Shown here: positions 1 to 8,770 of the stretch, piece after piece
Numbering within the stretch: the first letter of the stretch is position 1
Layout: every line of letters begins with the position of its first letter
Source of the DNA: an uncultured Chloroflexia bacterium
GTDB lineage: Bacteria; Chloroflexota; Ktedonobacteria; Ktedonobacterales; JADMIN01
Reading direction: 5' to 3'
Assembly (NCBI GenBank): GCA_963718915.1
Contig: CAVRAI010000001.1
Location: 300,001-332,000 of the forward strand
DNA length: 32,000 nt
Program-made: the position numbers and the translations under genes
The notes under the pieces: generated by a model
Told to the model about the DNA's origin: nothing
Databases searched by the model: none
What the model saw: the letters and a program-made list of their open reading frames with translations, nothing else

Positions 1-192
1 TGGGCCAGTTGGGCCGGAGAATGGATAGCCGCGTTTGTCATCGTAGGCGCTGGGCGCTTCGCCGATGAGCATCACCTCGGCGTGGGAATTGCCGCTGCCG
101 GGGACACTCTGTGTCGCGTGCTGGTAGAGATCGCAGCGCGTGCAGTCGTGTATTTCGCGGGCTATCGTCGTCAAAACATCCCCTGATAGCAT
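1..192 (-). CDS. uracil-DNA glycosylase, family 4 (5' part only; gene continues past the left window edge)
   Basis: Not in the ORF track because it is open to the window edge. Reverse-strand ATG at 192-190 translates MLSGDVLTTIAREIHDCTRCDLYQHATQSVPGSGNSHAEVMLIGEAPSAYDDKRGYPFSGPTGP. It has the CxxC Fe-S cysteines and the GEAP..x..G.PF.G..G motif typical of family-4 UDGs. Confidence 0.75.
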   Translation of the reverse strand, partial: MLSGDVLTTIAREIHDCTRCDLYQHATQSVPGSGNSHAEVMLIGEAPSAYDDKRGYPFSGPTGP

Positions 193-341
193 ATTTGCCT
201 GTCTTCCTTTGGGCTAGCCTGTCTGTGTGATACATAATATCTGATTCAGCGTAGCACGCGACGGGCCAGTACGGGGAACGCGCCATCGAAACGGCGCCCC
301 GCATATCACCAGAGGATAGTTGGCAGCGAGGAGGGAATCGG

Positions 342-1349
342 ATGGCCAGTATTACGCGATTCTATGCGCTGATACTCAGCACAGTGCTATTGCTCTCTGG
401 CGTGCCAGGCTTCTTTCCAAATGTCGGATCGTTTCAGGTGCTCGTCTCGTTCTTCGAGCTGACGCTCGTGCATAGCGTGGTTCACGCTGTGGTGGGTCTG
501 CTTGGCCTGATGATTACAGCGTTGGCAAGCGATCAATCTGTGCGCATTTATACGGTCGGTATCACACTGCTCTACGGCGCGCTGATGGTGGTTGGCTTGA
601 TCGGCGTGAACTTTGCCCCGATACTCGTTTTCAACAGCGCCGATAACTGGCTGCACGGCTCCATTTTTGTGCTCTCGCTTGGCGTCTTCCTGGCGGGCAT
701 CGCCGAGGAACGCTTTGGCCAGCGGAAAGCCTATCTCGAAGAAGGTCTGCCGCAAGCCAGGTGGGCGGCGCCTTCTAGTCGTGCCCGCATCACTGCGGCG
801 GCGCCATCGCAGATGCGGGGAGTCTGGCAGGCGAATATGGACGCCCCTGCCTCCGCACAGGCGCCGTGGAACAACCAGCCACAGTATGACCAGCAGACGC
901 CAGCCTCCTGGGGGCAGGGATCGTGGCAGCAATGGCAGCAGTATGAGCAGCCGCCAAGCCAGCCGCGCTACCAGCAGCCCAATCAGCCATTCAGTCAGCC
1001 TCTTGATCCTTCACAGGATCCTTCGCGAGACCAGTGGAACCGCGTGCAACGCCACGCGCCCTACCACCAGCCATCGCGCCCCGCCAGTTCGCCATCAAGG
1101 GATCAGCAGCAGTCGAACCCATGGTCACAGAATCCCTCACAGAATCCCTCGCAGAATCCCTCGCAGAATCCCTCGCAGCCGGCTCCGCGTCCGCAGAGCC
1201 AATGGCCGCAGAGTCAGCCTCAGCCGCCACAAGGCCCATCGCCGTGGAGTCCCTGGCCACAAGACTCGCAGCCGCGAGATGGGCAGCGTTCGTCGCAGGC
1301 GCGCGAGCAATGGCCGCTGGACGAGTGGGATTCCCGTCCGTTGCAGTGA
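342..1349 (+). CDS. DUF4383-like integral membrane protein with a long Q/P/S-rich low-complexity C-terminal tail
   Basis: Strong SD (gaggaggg) 6 nt upstream of the ATG. The N-terminal 125 aa form 4 hydrophobic helices with a NSADNWLHG-type motif seen in DUF4383 proteins. The C-terminal 200 aa are Gln/Pro/Ser-rich and include 4x SQNP. Confidence 0.6.
   Translation: MASITRFYALILSTVLLLSGVPGFFPNVGSFQVLVSFFELTLVHSVVHAVVGLLGLMITALASDQSVRIYTVGITLLYGALMVVGLIGVNFAPILVFNSADNWLHGSIFVLSLGVFLAGIAEERFGQRKAYLEEGLPQARWAAPSSRARITAAAPSQMRGVWQANMDAPASAQAPWNNQPQYDQQTPASWGQGSWQQWQQYEQPPSQPRYQQPNQPFSQPLDPSQDPSRDQWNRVQRHAPYHQPSRPASSPSRDQQQSNPWSQNPSQNPSQNPSQNPSQPAPRPQSQWPQSQPQPPQGPSPWSPWPQDSQPRDGQRSSQAREQWPLDEWDSRPLQ
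1125..1178 (+). repeat. 12-bp in-frame tandem repeat (tc[a/g]cagaatccc x4.5) encoding SQNP repeats
   Basis: Read directly: tcacagaatccc tcacagaatccc tcgcagaatccc tcgcagaatccc tcgcag, inside the 342..1349 CDS. Confidence 0.9.
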
Positions 1350-1609
1350 CCGCGCGCCGAACCACATCACACCTCGCAAAAATACCTGTTTCACTACGCA
1401 AACGCGCTGAAATCTCCTCGTGGCGCGATGCAATCTGCGACTATACGGGCAGAACTGCGTAGTCAGAGAGGGGTATGTCACCGCGCCGCCGCCTATCGCG
1501 ACGCGCGGGCGCATCCCTGCCAGTTGGTGACGACAAGACATTGTTCATCCGATACAGTCGATACAGTCGAACAATGTGAGAGATGCTCTAGACGGACAGG
1601 TAGCGATAG

Positions 1610-2383
1610 ATGCTCGAAGTGTTGGGGATCATTGGAAGTATCGTTCTCGTAGATCTGGTGCTGAGCGGCGATAACGCGCTGGTCATCGGAGCCGCCGCAG
1701 CCAGCCTTCCACGACAGCAGCGCTACGTGGCGATTCTGACGGGTGGCATCGGCGCGATTGTGCTGCGTATTCTCTTCACGCTGGTGGCGGCCCTGCTGCT
1801 CCAGCTTCCGCTCCTCCAGGCAATCGGTGGCATCCTGCTGATTGCCATTGCCATCAAGCTGCTCTACGACCGCGAGCGCGACCTGAGGAAACATGTGGCG
1901 GCTTCCGAGGCGGCGCCTGGGATAGATGGGATAGATGGGGTAAAATCCGCATCTGCTGGGTCTGGTGTGAAGCAGGGCGTCCAGCGTGGCTTGCTGAGCG
2001 CGCTGCTGACGATCATCGTCGCCGATGTCACGATGAGCCTGGATAACGTGCTGGCCGTGGCGGCGCTGGCGTCCGAGCATATCCCGCTGCTGATCGGCGG
2101 TCTATTGCTCAGCATCCTGATCCTGCTGGTGGGGAGCGCGCTGGTCGCTGAACTCATCACCCGGCTGCCGTGGCTGCTGGATGTCGCGGCGCTGGTGCTG
2201 GGCTGGACGGCCGCAAACATGATCCTGCACGACCGCCGCCTCGGCCCCATCCTCGAGCAGCACTCGTGGACGGCGATTGTCATCCCCGGAGTGATGCTGG
2301 GCATTATCCTTGCGGTGGATGTTTTCTTCCGTCTGCGCCGCAAACCCGCTCCTCAGCGCGAGCTTCCCGCCGCGCAGGAGTAG
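1610..2383 (+). CDS. TerC-family integral membrane protein (YjbE/Alx-like)
   Basis: Two TerC signature half-motifs, DLVLSGDNALVIG (N-terminal) and ADVTMSLDNVLAVAALA (C-terminal), with multiple TM helices. The central loop carries an in-frame 9-bp tandem duplication (GIDGIDG, 1919-1939). Confidence 0.85.
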   Translation: MLEVLGIIGSIVLVDLVLSGDNALVIGAAAASLPRQQRYVAILTGGIGAIVLRILFTLVAALLLQLPLLQAIGGILLIAIAIKLLYDRERDLRKHVAASEAAPGIDGIDGVKSASAGSGVKQGVQRGLLSALLTIIVADVTMSLDNVLAVAALASEHIPLLIGGLLLSILILLVGSALVAELITRLPWLLDVAALVLGWTAANMILHDRRLGPILEQHSWTAIVIPGVMLGIILAVDVFFRLRRKPAPQRELPAAQE

Positions 2384-2430
2384 CCCACGACATCTGTTCC
2401 GGGCGATAGTCATCCGATTGCGATACACCG

Positions 2431-3102
2431 ATGTTTCAGAACCTGATAGACCTGCTGCGCGACCTCTACGACCAGTATGGCTACCTGATCGTCTTTCTCG
2501 GCGCGCTCGGCGAAAACACCGCGCTGCTGGGGCTGGCGCTGCCAGGAGGCACGCTGGCGCTGCTGGGCGCGTTCTATGCCCGCCAGGGCACGCTCAACCT
2601 GGCCTGGGTGATCTTCTTCGCCTGGATGGGGACGGTGCTTGGCTATCACGCGGATTATCTGCTTGGCCGGTTCGCGCTGGGCAAACTCATGCTCCGCTGG
2701 GGCGATTCGCGGCTGGGGCGGCGCATGCGTCTGGCGGGGCGGCTCCGGCTGGGAGGGCGCATGCTCACGAAGTATGGCGGCAGAGCGATTCTGCTTTCGC
2801 ACATCGTGGGCCACATCCGCTCGTTCGTGGCGCTCAGCGCTGGGGCGACGCGGATGTCCTATCGCCGCTTTCTCTCGTTCGAGCTGGTGGCGGCGCTCCT
2901 CTGGAATACCGCCTTCTGCCTGATCGGCTACGCCGCGGGGGCGGAGTATGACCGCATTCTGCCGATTATCGAACGCGCGGGCTGGATCATCGCGGGCGTG
3001 GTCGTCCTGGCCGTACTTGTCTGGAAGTTTGGGCTGCCCTGGCTGCGCAGATGGCGTCACACAGGCCATCGCCATGTCGCCAAGGGCGAGTCGATAGATT
3101 AG
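2431..3102 (+). CDS. DedA-family (VTT/SNARE-associated domain) membrane protein
   Basis: N-terminus YGYLIVFLGALGENTALLGLALPG followed by GYHADYLLGRF. This, the length and the TM pattern are typical of DedA proteins. Confidence 0.85.
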   Translation: MFQNLIDLLRDLYDQYGYLIVFLGALGENTALLGLALPGGTLALLGAFYARQGTLNLAWVIFFAWMGTVLGYHADYLLGRFALGKLMLRWGDSRLGRRMRLAGRLRLGGRMLTKYGGRAILLSHIVGHIRSFVALSAGATRMSYRRFLSFELVAALLWNTAFCLIGYAAGAEYDRILPIIERAGWIIAGVVVLAVLVWKFGLPWLRRWRHTGHRHVAKGESID

Positions 3103-3695
3103 CTACCCTGCCTTTTGGGCCTGGTATTCTTGAATTTCGTTTCGAGCCAGTCGAGCACGGCTAACTGGTCATCAATGGTTGCGCGACGGATTTGTGAGAG
3201 CAAATGGATGCGATCTGGCTTCGGTGGGGCAGTATTCTGCAGACCCTCATTGCAGTTCGTGCAGATGGCGCGCAAGTTGCCAGGTGTATCTTCACCGCCT
3301 TTCGATTTGTCTATAATGTGCCCCATCGTGAGCCTGACCTTGCGGGTTGGGTCATAGGGATCCGTATCACCCGCGGCAAGGCCGCACATCTGGCAGGTAT
3401 ATCCATTGCGCTCAAGGACGTATGCTCGTGTCTCTTTAGAGATGTCACGGGCAAATGCGGGTAGCCGCTTGTCTGTTTCAAGGAGGTACAGGCCTGGCTT
3501 CAAATCACTGCGGTCGCGATGCGAGAGAATCTGATACCCTTCTTCATTCCGAAGCTCTCGCAATCGGCGCGCCCACTCTGACACATTACCAGACGCCGCG
3601 CGGATTTCATCACCACTGACGATTCGTCCAATATTGGCAAGCAGGAAATCGAGGATACGTTGTTTCGAGCCATGACTCTCGCGCGGATTTGTCAT
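3099..3695 (-). CDS. HNH endonuclease with N-terminal winged-helix domain; putative type II restriction endonuclease partner of the adjacent C5-MTase
   Basis: HNH core: CQMCG...TMGHIIDKSKGGEDTPGNLRAICTNCN. The N-terminal wHTH-like segment is ILDFLLANIGRIVSGDEIRAASG...RRLRELRNEEGYQI. The start is placed at Met13 (3695), which has a ggtga SD; the ORF is open to 3731. The gene lies 47 nt downstream of the MTase on the same strand. Confidence 0.75.
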   Translation of the reverse strand: MTNPRESHGSKQRILDFLLANIGRIVSGDEIRAASGNVSEWARRLRELRNEEGYQILSHRDRSDLKPGLYLLETDKRLPAFARDISKETRAYVLERNGYTCQMCGLAAGDTDPYDPTRKVRLTMGHIIDKSKGGEDTPGNLRAICTNCNEGLQNTAPPKPDRIHLLSQIRRATIDDQLAVLDWLETKFKNTRPKRQGS

Positions 3696-3742
3696 GTATT
3701 CACCTTTGAAGCAATGAACCCAGGTATACATTCCTAGACATG

Positions 3743-4804
3743 CTAAGCGAGCAGCAAGATGGGTTGAACCAGCGATGATGATTTAATGCTGTGAATGCGC
3801 GTCACTGTTCCATCCAGAGCGCCTTTGATAGCGACGCCGACTGCTTGAGCAACCGGTGGGGGAAGGGCATTACCTATCTGCCTGTATGCCGCGGTCTTAC
3901 CCCCAGCGAACTCCCAGGTATCCGGGAATGCCTGTAAGCGTGCGGTCATACGCAAGGTCAGTCTGGGATGTCCATCCAGGGGGAAGGTTTCGTCTGGCGG
4001 TTCGTTCGCGATTCCCAGCCCGTCCACACCGAGCGCTGCCCACTGTTTTTTCGCACGGGTTGGGCCTAAATCAGGCCCGCCATGCTTTTTGGAACCGCCG
4101 ACAAGTGTAGGGGCGATCGTCTGAGCATTCTCGCGCCATCTCTCCGCGCCCGGCCAGCCGTGCGATGCCATGAGATCGCCGATGGTCTCTGCAACGGTCG
4201 GAGCACATCTGATTGCTGTCGGCCACTGGAATCGAGCAAAGTACCGCTTCTTCATGGCAACCAGCACAAAACGGGGGCGCAGTTGAGGAACGCCAAAATC
4301 GGAGGCATTGAGGATACGCCAGTCTACCTCATAGCCCAACTTCTGGAGCCTGCACATTAGATCAGTTCGATACCCCAAAAACCGCTGCGTCGCGAATCCC
4401 GGCACATTTTCCAGCATGACCGCCACAGGTCTGGCTTCCCGAATGAGGCGGAGGGCTTGTGGAAAGAGATTACGCTCATCATCAGCGCCTAATTGCTTGC
4501 CCGCGATAGAAAATGGCGGACATGGAACCCCCCCTGCTAGCAGATCAATGCCACGAAAATCCAGGCCAGAAATGTTATGCAGGTCGCTCTCAAGGACATT
4601 CCAGTTCGGGCGATTGAGTCGAAGCGTATTGCAGGCGGCTTTGTCATTATCAACGGCTCCCACACATTCGAATCCGCTCCACTCAAGCCCAAGCGCCTCG
4701 CCACCAGCTCCGGCGCAAATATCAAGGGACGAAAGCACTGTGCTCTTTTTCTCCTGCGGAAGCGCAGATTGAGCTGAGGCATTGCGGGTCATCGTCCGAA
4801 CCAT
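3743..4804 (-). CDS. DNA (cytosine-5)-methyltransferase
   Basis: Canonical C5-MTase motifs are present in order: I DICAGAGG, IV GGVPCPPFS, VI MLENVPGF, VIII QLRPRFVLVA, X GNALPPPVAQAVG. An alternative start is Met5 at 4792. Confidence 0.9.
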   Translation of the reverse strand: MVRTMTRNASAQSALPQEKKSTVLSSLDICAGAGGEALGLEWSGFECVGAVDNDKAACNTLRLNRPNWNVLESDLHNISGLDFRGIDLLAGGVPCPPFSIAGKQLGADDERNLFPQALRLIREARPVAVMLENVPGFATQRFLGYRTDLMCRLQKLGYEVDWRILNASDFGVPQLRPRFVLVAMKKRYFARFQWPTAIRCAPTVAETIGDLMASHGWPGAERWRENAQTIAPTLVGGSKKHGGPDLGPTRAKKQWAALGVDGLGIANEPPDETFPLDGHPRLTLRMTARLQAFPDTWEFAGGKTAAYRQIGNALPPPVAQAVGVAIKGALDGTVTRIHSIKSSSLVQPILLLA

Positions 4805-4924
4805 ACGAATGTACCTCTGGCGCTATCCGGAACGCTTGGGGACAACCATGAACGGTTATTACTTATCAAGATAGTACAAATGACCAAACAAGGCAAGCGC
4901 TCACCGCCCAGGATAGTGCGTTGC

Positions 4925-6181
4925 TCAGCGGCTATAGCCCTCGCGTGCGCGGCTGCCCCGCCCGCCACGCGCTGGGCGTCCGGTGTGGCGCTCGCGGTAA
5001 TCCGCCGCCTCGATGACGACGTGGCGCACCAATCCCAGGTCGGAGAGGCGTGAGCGGATGCGCTCGTCCATCTGGGCCAGCAGGCGGTGGTTAGTGGTGA
5101 TGACCGTCGGCATCCGGTAGTTATAGCGATAGTTGATGAGCTGGAAGAGCTTCTCGGTTGCCCAGGCGGTGCTGTTCTCCGCGCCAAAGTCGTCGAGCAC
5201 GAGCAACGCTGACTCACGCACTTTCTCAAAGAGCGCGTCATAGGCAATGTCGCTGCTGGGTGCGAAGGTCGCGCGCAGGTGGTCGAGGAGGTCAGGAACA
5301 ATCGCGAAAACGACTCGCTGCCCTGCTTGCTCGGCGACATTGGCGATGGCGGCGGCCAGATGGGTCTTACCACAGCCATAGCCGCCACGGAAAACGAGCC
5401 AGCCCAGCGGATCCCCAGCGTAGTGGCGCGCGACATCGTAGGCCTCGCCCATGCCTGGCAGAGATACGTCGAACGATTCGAATGTCTTGTCACGAAACGG
5501 ATCGAGATTCGAGACTGTGCGCAGGTTGAGGCGGTCGCGCTCCTTGATCTGCTGCTCTTTGCACTGGCAGCGTATCGCCTGCCCGAACGCCGGATCGCCC
5601 ACCGGCACATCCAGCCGCACATAGCCAGCGCCATGGCACAGCGGACAGACGCCCGGCGCGCTCGCCTTACCGGTTGCCCGCGTGGCGCGCCCGCCCTGCG
5701 CCTTGTTACTGGGCTTGTCGCTTGTACTAGACTGGCTGGACTGGTTCGACGCGCTGGATGCGCTATTCGCCGATGGCGCGCTCGGCTCCAAACGGCGCGG
5801 CCCCAGCTGGGCGGCATAGGTCGGCGCGATCTCGCGGAGAGAGGCCATCTCGCGGGGACGCGCGCCTGCCGACCCTGACCTGACGATCCCCGTTGCCGGG
5901 CGCGCGGGTAGCTCTAGAATGCGGTCACTTGCCAGCACGTCGGCGGCTGGCAGCGTGGGCTGGCTGGCGTCAGCGTCGGAACCGGCGTCAGCATCGGCCA
6001 CGGGGCGGCGCGGCGGTATGGCCGCGGCTGATTTGCCGGACGCCTGCCCCGCGATGATGCGACGTGGCGCGGCTGATGTAGCCCTGGTGGAAGATGTGGC
6101 AGAGGGCGCGGGAGTCGGCGCGCGACGCGTGCTGGTGCGGCGGCTGGCGGCTCGCGCAAGAATCTCGTTCATGCGCTCCAT
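4925..6181 (-). CDS. DnaC/DnaI-like AAA+ helicase loader with Zn-ribbon and a long disordered N-terminal region
   Basis: Walker A is GGYGCGKTHLA and Walker B is LLVLDDFG, followed by a TTN sensor segment, giving an IstB/DnaC-like core. Upstream is a CPLCHGAGY...RCQC zinc-ribbon as in DnaI. The first 190 aa or so are Ala/Ser/Pro/Arg-rich. The start lies 3 nt after the DnaD-like stop and has a gggaaagggag SD. Confidence 0.8.
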   Translation of the reverse strand: MERMNEILARAASRRTSTRRAPTPAPSATSSTRATSAAPRRIIAGQASGKSAAAIPPRRPVADADAGSDADASQPTLPAADVLASDRILELPARPATGIVRSGSAGARPREMASLREIAPTYAAQLGPRRLEPSAPSANSASSASNQSSQSSTSDKPSNKAQGGRATRATGKASAPGVCPLCHGAGYVRLDVPVGDPAFGQAIRCQCKEQQIKERDRLNLRTVSNLDPFRDKTFESFDVSLPGMGEAYDVARHYAGDPLGWLVFRGGYGCGKTHLAAAIANVAEQAGQRVVFAIVPDLLDHLRATFAPSSDIAYDALFEKVRESALLVLDDFGAENSTAWATEKLFQLINYRYNYRMPTVITTNHRLLAQMDERIRSRLSDLGLVRHVVIEAADYRERHTGRPARGGRGSRAREGYSR

Positions 6182-6184
6182 GGT

Positions 6185-6907
6185 CTATGCTCCCTTTCCC
6201 TCTATCTCCCACCGGTGCAGGATTGCCCGGATATAACTCCACTTGCGCTTGTTCTGCTGCACCGCTAGCCGGAACGCCTCCTCGACCCACTCCCGCGGAT
6301 AGCGCTCGCCCGCCTCGCGCAACTCCTCGGCCACCAGCGGCAGCAGCAGCCCGACATTCTGCTCATAGAGCGTAAAGATGTTCGGGCGGTCAACCTCGAG
6401 CGCCAGCGTGTGGATTGCGCCTATTGTTCCAATCCGCGCCCCCATCACGCCAACATCGCTCGCGCCGCCGGGTGACTGGCCCGCTGGCCCCTCGGCATCC
6501 AGCAGCGCCTCGGGCGAAAGCTCCCCGCGCTGCAAACGAGACACCGCGCGACGGCTGCGGTCGGTGTTGAAGAAGTACCAACTGACGACCTCGCCATCCA
6601 CCCGGACGCGCACCCGCAGCAGGATGCCCTTGGCCTGGGCGTGCTCCAGCGCGGCGCGCAGACGCTCCTCAATGGGCCGCGGATCGCCCTGCCGCCGCAG
6701 TGTCCGTCGCAGCAGCGGATCGGCCAGCAACTCGCGGTCACTGGCGCAGCGCGGACTGCCCTCTTTCTGATAGAGCCGCCAAAAGAGATGGAGCACCACC
6801 TTCAGCTCGCCAAGATCCTCGATCTCTGGTAATACTGCCGAAAAGAACGCTTCTGGCAGCGGCACGAACGGATTTTTCCCGGAGGGAAACCCGGTAAACG
6901 CAGGCAT
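6185..6907 (-). CDS. DnaD-domain replication initiation/helicase-loading accessory protein
   Basis: The C-terminal segment NIFTLYEQNVGLLLPLVAEELREA...WVEEAFRLAVQQNKRKWSYIRAILHRWEIEG matches the DnaD/DnaB_2 C-terminal domain pattern (YxxxILxxW). The ggagaggag SD lies 18 nt after the dnaB stop. Confidence 0.75.
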   Translation of the reverse strand: MPAFTGFPSGKNPFVPLPEAFFSAVLPEIEDLGELKVVLHLFWRLYQKEGSPRCASDRELLADPLLRRTLRRQGDPRPIEERLRAALEHAQAKGILLRVRVRVDGEVVSWYFFNTDRSRRAVSRLQRGELSPEALLDAEGPAGQSPGGASDVGVMGARIGTIGAIHTLALEVDRPNIFTLYEQNVGLLLPLVAEELREAGERYPREWVEEAFRLAVQQNKRKWSYIRAILHRWEIEGKGA

Positions 6908-6925
6908 GGGTACGCTCCTCTCCGG

Positions 6926-8269
6926 TTACTCGTCGTCGGCGGTGCGCAGGTCCAGATCGCGGTAGAGCGTCTGGGCTGCCATGAAGTAGAGACTGACCTG
7001 TCCGATGGGGCCGTTGCGGTGCTTGGCGACGATGATGTCGGCGATATTCTTCCGATCGCTATCTTGATTGTAAACTTCATCTCGATAGATAAACATGACG
7101 ATATCTGCGTCCTGCTCTATAGATCCTGATTCTCTCAGGTCGCTGAGTTGCGGCTTCTTCTCGGTACGGCTCTCAACCGCGCGCGAAAGCTGCGAGAGCG
7201 CCAGCACCGGCACATTCAACTCGCGGGCGATCCCCTTCAGCCCCCGGCTAATCTCAGAGATTTCCATCACCCGGTTCTCGTGGCCGCGCCCGGCGTGGCT
7301 CCCCTGCATCAGTTGCAGGTAGTCCACGATCAGGAGGTCGAAGCCGTGCTCCATCATCAGGCGGCGCGCCTTGCTGCGCATCTCCACCAGCGTGATGCCG
7401 GGGGTATCGTCGATGTAGATATCCGCCTCCGAGAGCCGCCCGACGGACTCGCTAATGCGGTCCCACTCCTCGTCGTTGATGTAGCCAGTGCGCAGCTTCT
7501 GCTGGTCAACGCCAGCATCCATCGAGAGCAGACGGGCGGCAAGCTGCTCTTTGCTCATCTCCAGACTGAAGAGGGCAATCTTGCGGTCGAAGCGCATTGC
7601 CGCATTGCGCGCCAGTGAAAGCGCCATCGCAGATTTACCAACAGCAGGTCTCGCTGCCAGGATAATAAGGTCAGACTTTTGCAGGCCGCCGGTCATCTTA
7701 TCCAGATCGGAGAAACCGGTGGCGACGCCGACAATCGTGCCGCGATGCTCGTGGAGCTGGTCGAGTTTGTCGATGTAATCGCGCAGCGTCTCGCGGATTG
7801 GCTCGAGGTCGTCGCGGGTGAAGCGCTGGCTGACGTTGAAGATCAGTTTCTCGGCTTCGTCCAGCGCTACCGTCGCGTCGGGTTCGCTATAGGCGACGGC
7901 GGCAATCTGGCCCGCGGCGGAGATCAGCCGCCGCAGCACCGACGTGCGCTCGACGATGCGCCCGTAGTATTCGACGTTGGCGCTGGTCGGCACCTGATTG
8001 GCCAGCGACGAGACATAGCTGATGCCGCCCACCTCTTCCAGCTTGCCGCGACGCTGAAGCTCGTCCGTCAGCGTAATCAGGTCGGCGGGATCGCTCGTCT
8101 CGTAGAGATCCAGCGCGGCGCGGTAAATCTCACGATGCGCCTCGCGGTAGAAATCGTCGGCGCGCAGAAAGTCGGCCACCTGCACGATAGCGCCGGGGTC
8201 GATCAGCAGACTGCCAAGCACGCCCGTCTCGGCTTCGATATTCTGGGGCAGCAGCTTCTCGATGGCCAT
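6926..8269 (-). CDS. dnaB: replicative DNA helicase DnaB
   Basis: N-terminus LPQNIEAETGVLGSLLIDP. Walker A is ARPAVGKSAMAL and Walker B is LLIVDYLQLM, followed by LSQLSR and RESGSIEQDADIV motifs. At 447 aa it has no intein. SD aggagg sits 7 nt upstream. Confidence 0.95.
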   Translation of the reverse strand: MAIEKLLPQNIEAETGVLGSLLIDPGAIVQVADFLRADDFYREAHREIYRAALDLYETSDPADLITLTDELQRRGKLEEVGGISYVSSLANQVPTSANVEYYGRIVERTSVLRRLISAAGQIAAVAYSEPDATVALDEAEKLIFNVSQRFTRDDLEPIRETLRDYIDKLDQLHEHRGTIVGVATGFSDLDKMTGGLQKSDLIILAARPAVGKSAMALSLARNAAMRFDRKIALFSLEMSKEQLAARLLSMDAGVDQQKLRTGYINDEEWDRISESVGRLSEADIYIDDTPGITLVEMRSKARRLMMEHGFDLLIVDYLQLMQGSHAGRGHENRVMEISEISRGLKGIARELNVPVLALSQLSRAVESRTEKKPQLSDLRESGSIEQDADIVMFIYRDEVYNQDSDRKNIADIIVAKHRNGPIGQVSLYFMAAQTLYRDLDLRTADDE

Positions 8270-8552
8270 AGACGAACCTCCTGTGACAAGCGATTCGCTC
8301 GCACTGGTGTGGAAGAACTAGCGACGATTTCTGGTGTATCGGATGGATGAACCGGTGATGAATGCGGATGAATGCAAATGAATCCGAACGAGACCGAACG
8401 AGACCGGGCGGCCATGCTGCACATGATGACTAGAACACTCTTTCAAGAGAGTATAGCATCCCAACAGCTATTCGTCACCGGGGAAAACCGCAGTGGTTGA
8501 TAGGTCGCATCTGCCAGAGTACCCGAAGAAATGACGAATGGCAAACGAGGAC

Positions 8553-8707
8553 TTATGCACCATCCGCCCACATGTGGATAACCTGGTGGATGACCACGCG
8601 CGAAACATGCCGATTCTTCGGCAGTGATAGCGTCAGTCTGCCATTGTCCACATCCTTTCTGCCGCCAAAGTGAGTTATCCACGACTTTATCCACGGGGTT
8701 ATGCACG
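8553..8707. promoter_or_regulatory. cluster of DnaA-box-like 9-mers (consensus TTATCCACA)
   Basis: Perfect box on the reverse strand at 8573-8581 (tgtggataa). One-mismatch boxes are at 8644-8652 (ttgtccaca), 8675-8683 and 8687-8695 (ttatccacg). Two-mismatch boxes are at 8553-8561, 8585-8593 (reverse) and 8699-8707. The boxes at 8675, 8687 and 8699 are head-to-tail with exact 12-bp spacing. Confidence 0.6.
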
Positions 8708-8741
8708 TCCAAATTGGCTAGCAAAGGATGCGAATTGCCCC

Positions 8742-8770
8742 TTGACAAACAATTACTCATTCAGTACTAT
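8742..8770 (+). promoter_or_regulatory. sigma70-like promoter candidate for the ArsR-like gene
   Basis: TTGACA (8742-8747), a 17-nt spacer and TACTAT (8765-8770), about 40 nt upstream of ATG 8812. Confidence 0.4.

Noticed and set aside
387-1541. Multiple long overlapping ORFs on both strands across the Q/P/S-rich tail of the 342..1349 gene
   Set aside because: These are alternative-frame and antisense ORFs over a GC-rich low-complexity repeat. Their translations are Arg/Ser/Ala-rich, they have no SD, and they are fully nested in a better-supported CDS.
1455-1609. Possible yybP-ykoY (Mn2+) riboswitch in the 260-nt leader of the TerC-family gene
   Set aside because: TerC genes are often controlled by this riboswitch, and there is partial resemblance (agaggggtatgtcacc ... 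ggtgacgacaagacattg, with a GUCACC/GGUGAC helix). However, the near-invariant GGGGAGUAG loop sequence is not present (it reads GGGGUAUG). I cannot support the call without a covariance-model scan.
4789-5817. 342-aa minus-strand ORF overlapping the DnaI/DnaC-like gene
   Set aside because: It lies on the same strand in an alternative frame to a gene with clear Walker A/B motifs. Its Arg/Ser/Ala-rich composition is typical of off-frame high-GC translation.
8443-8760. 105-aa minus-strand ORF in the dnaB upstream region
   Set aside because: It spans the DnaA-box array and the promoter region. It has no SD and an odd composition (Cys/Trp/His-rich). The region is better explained as regulatory DNA.
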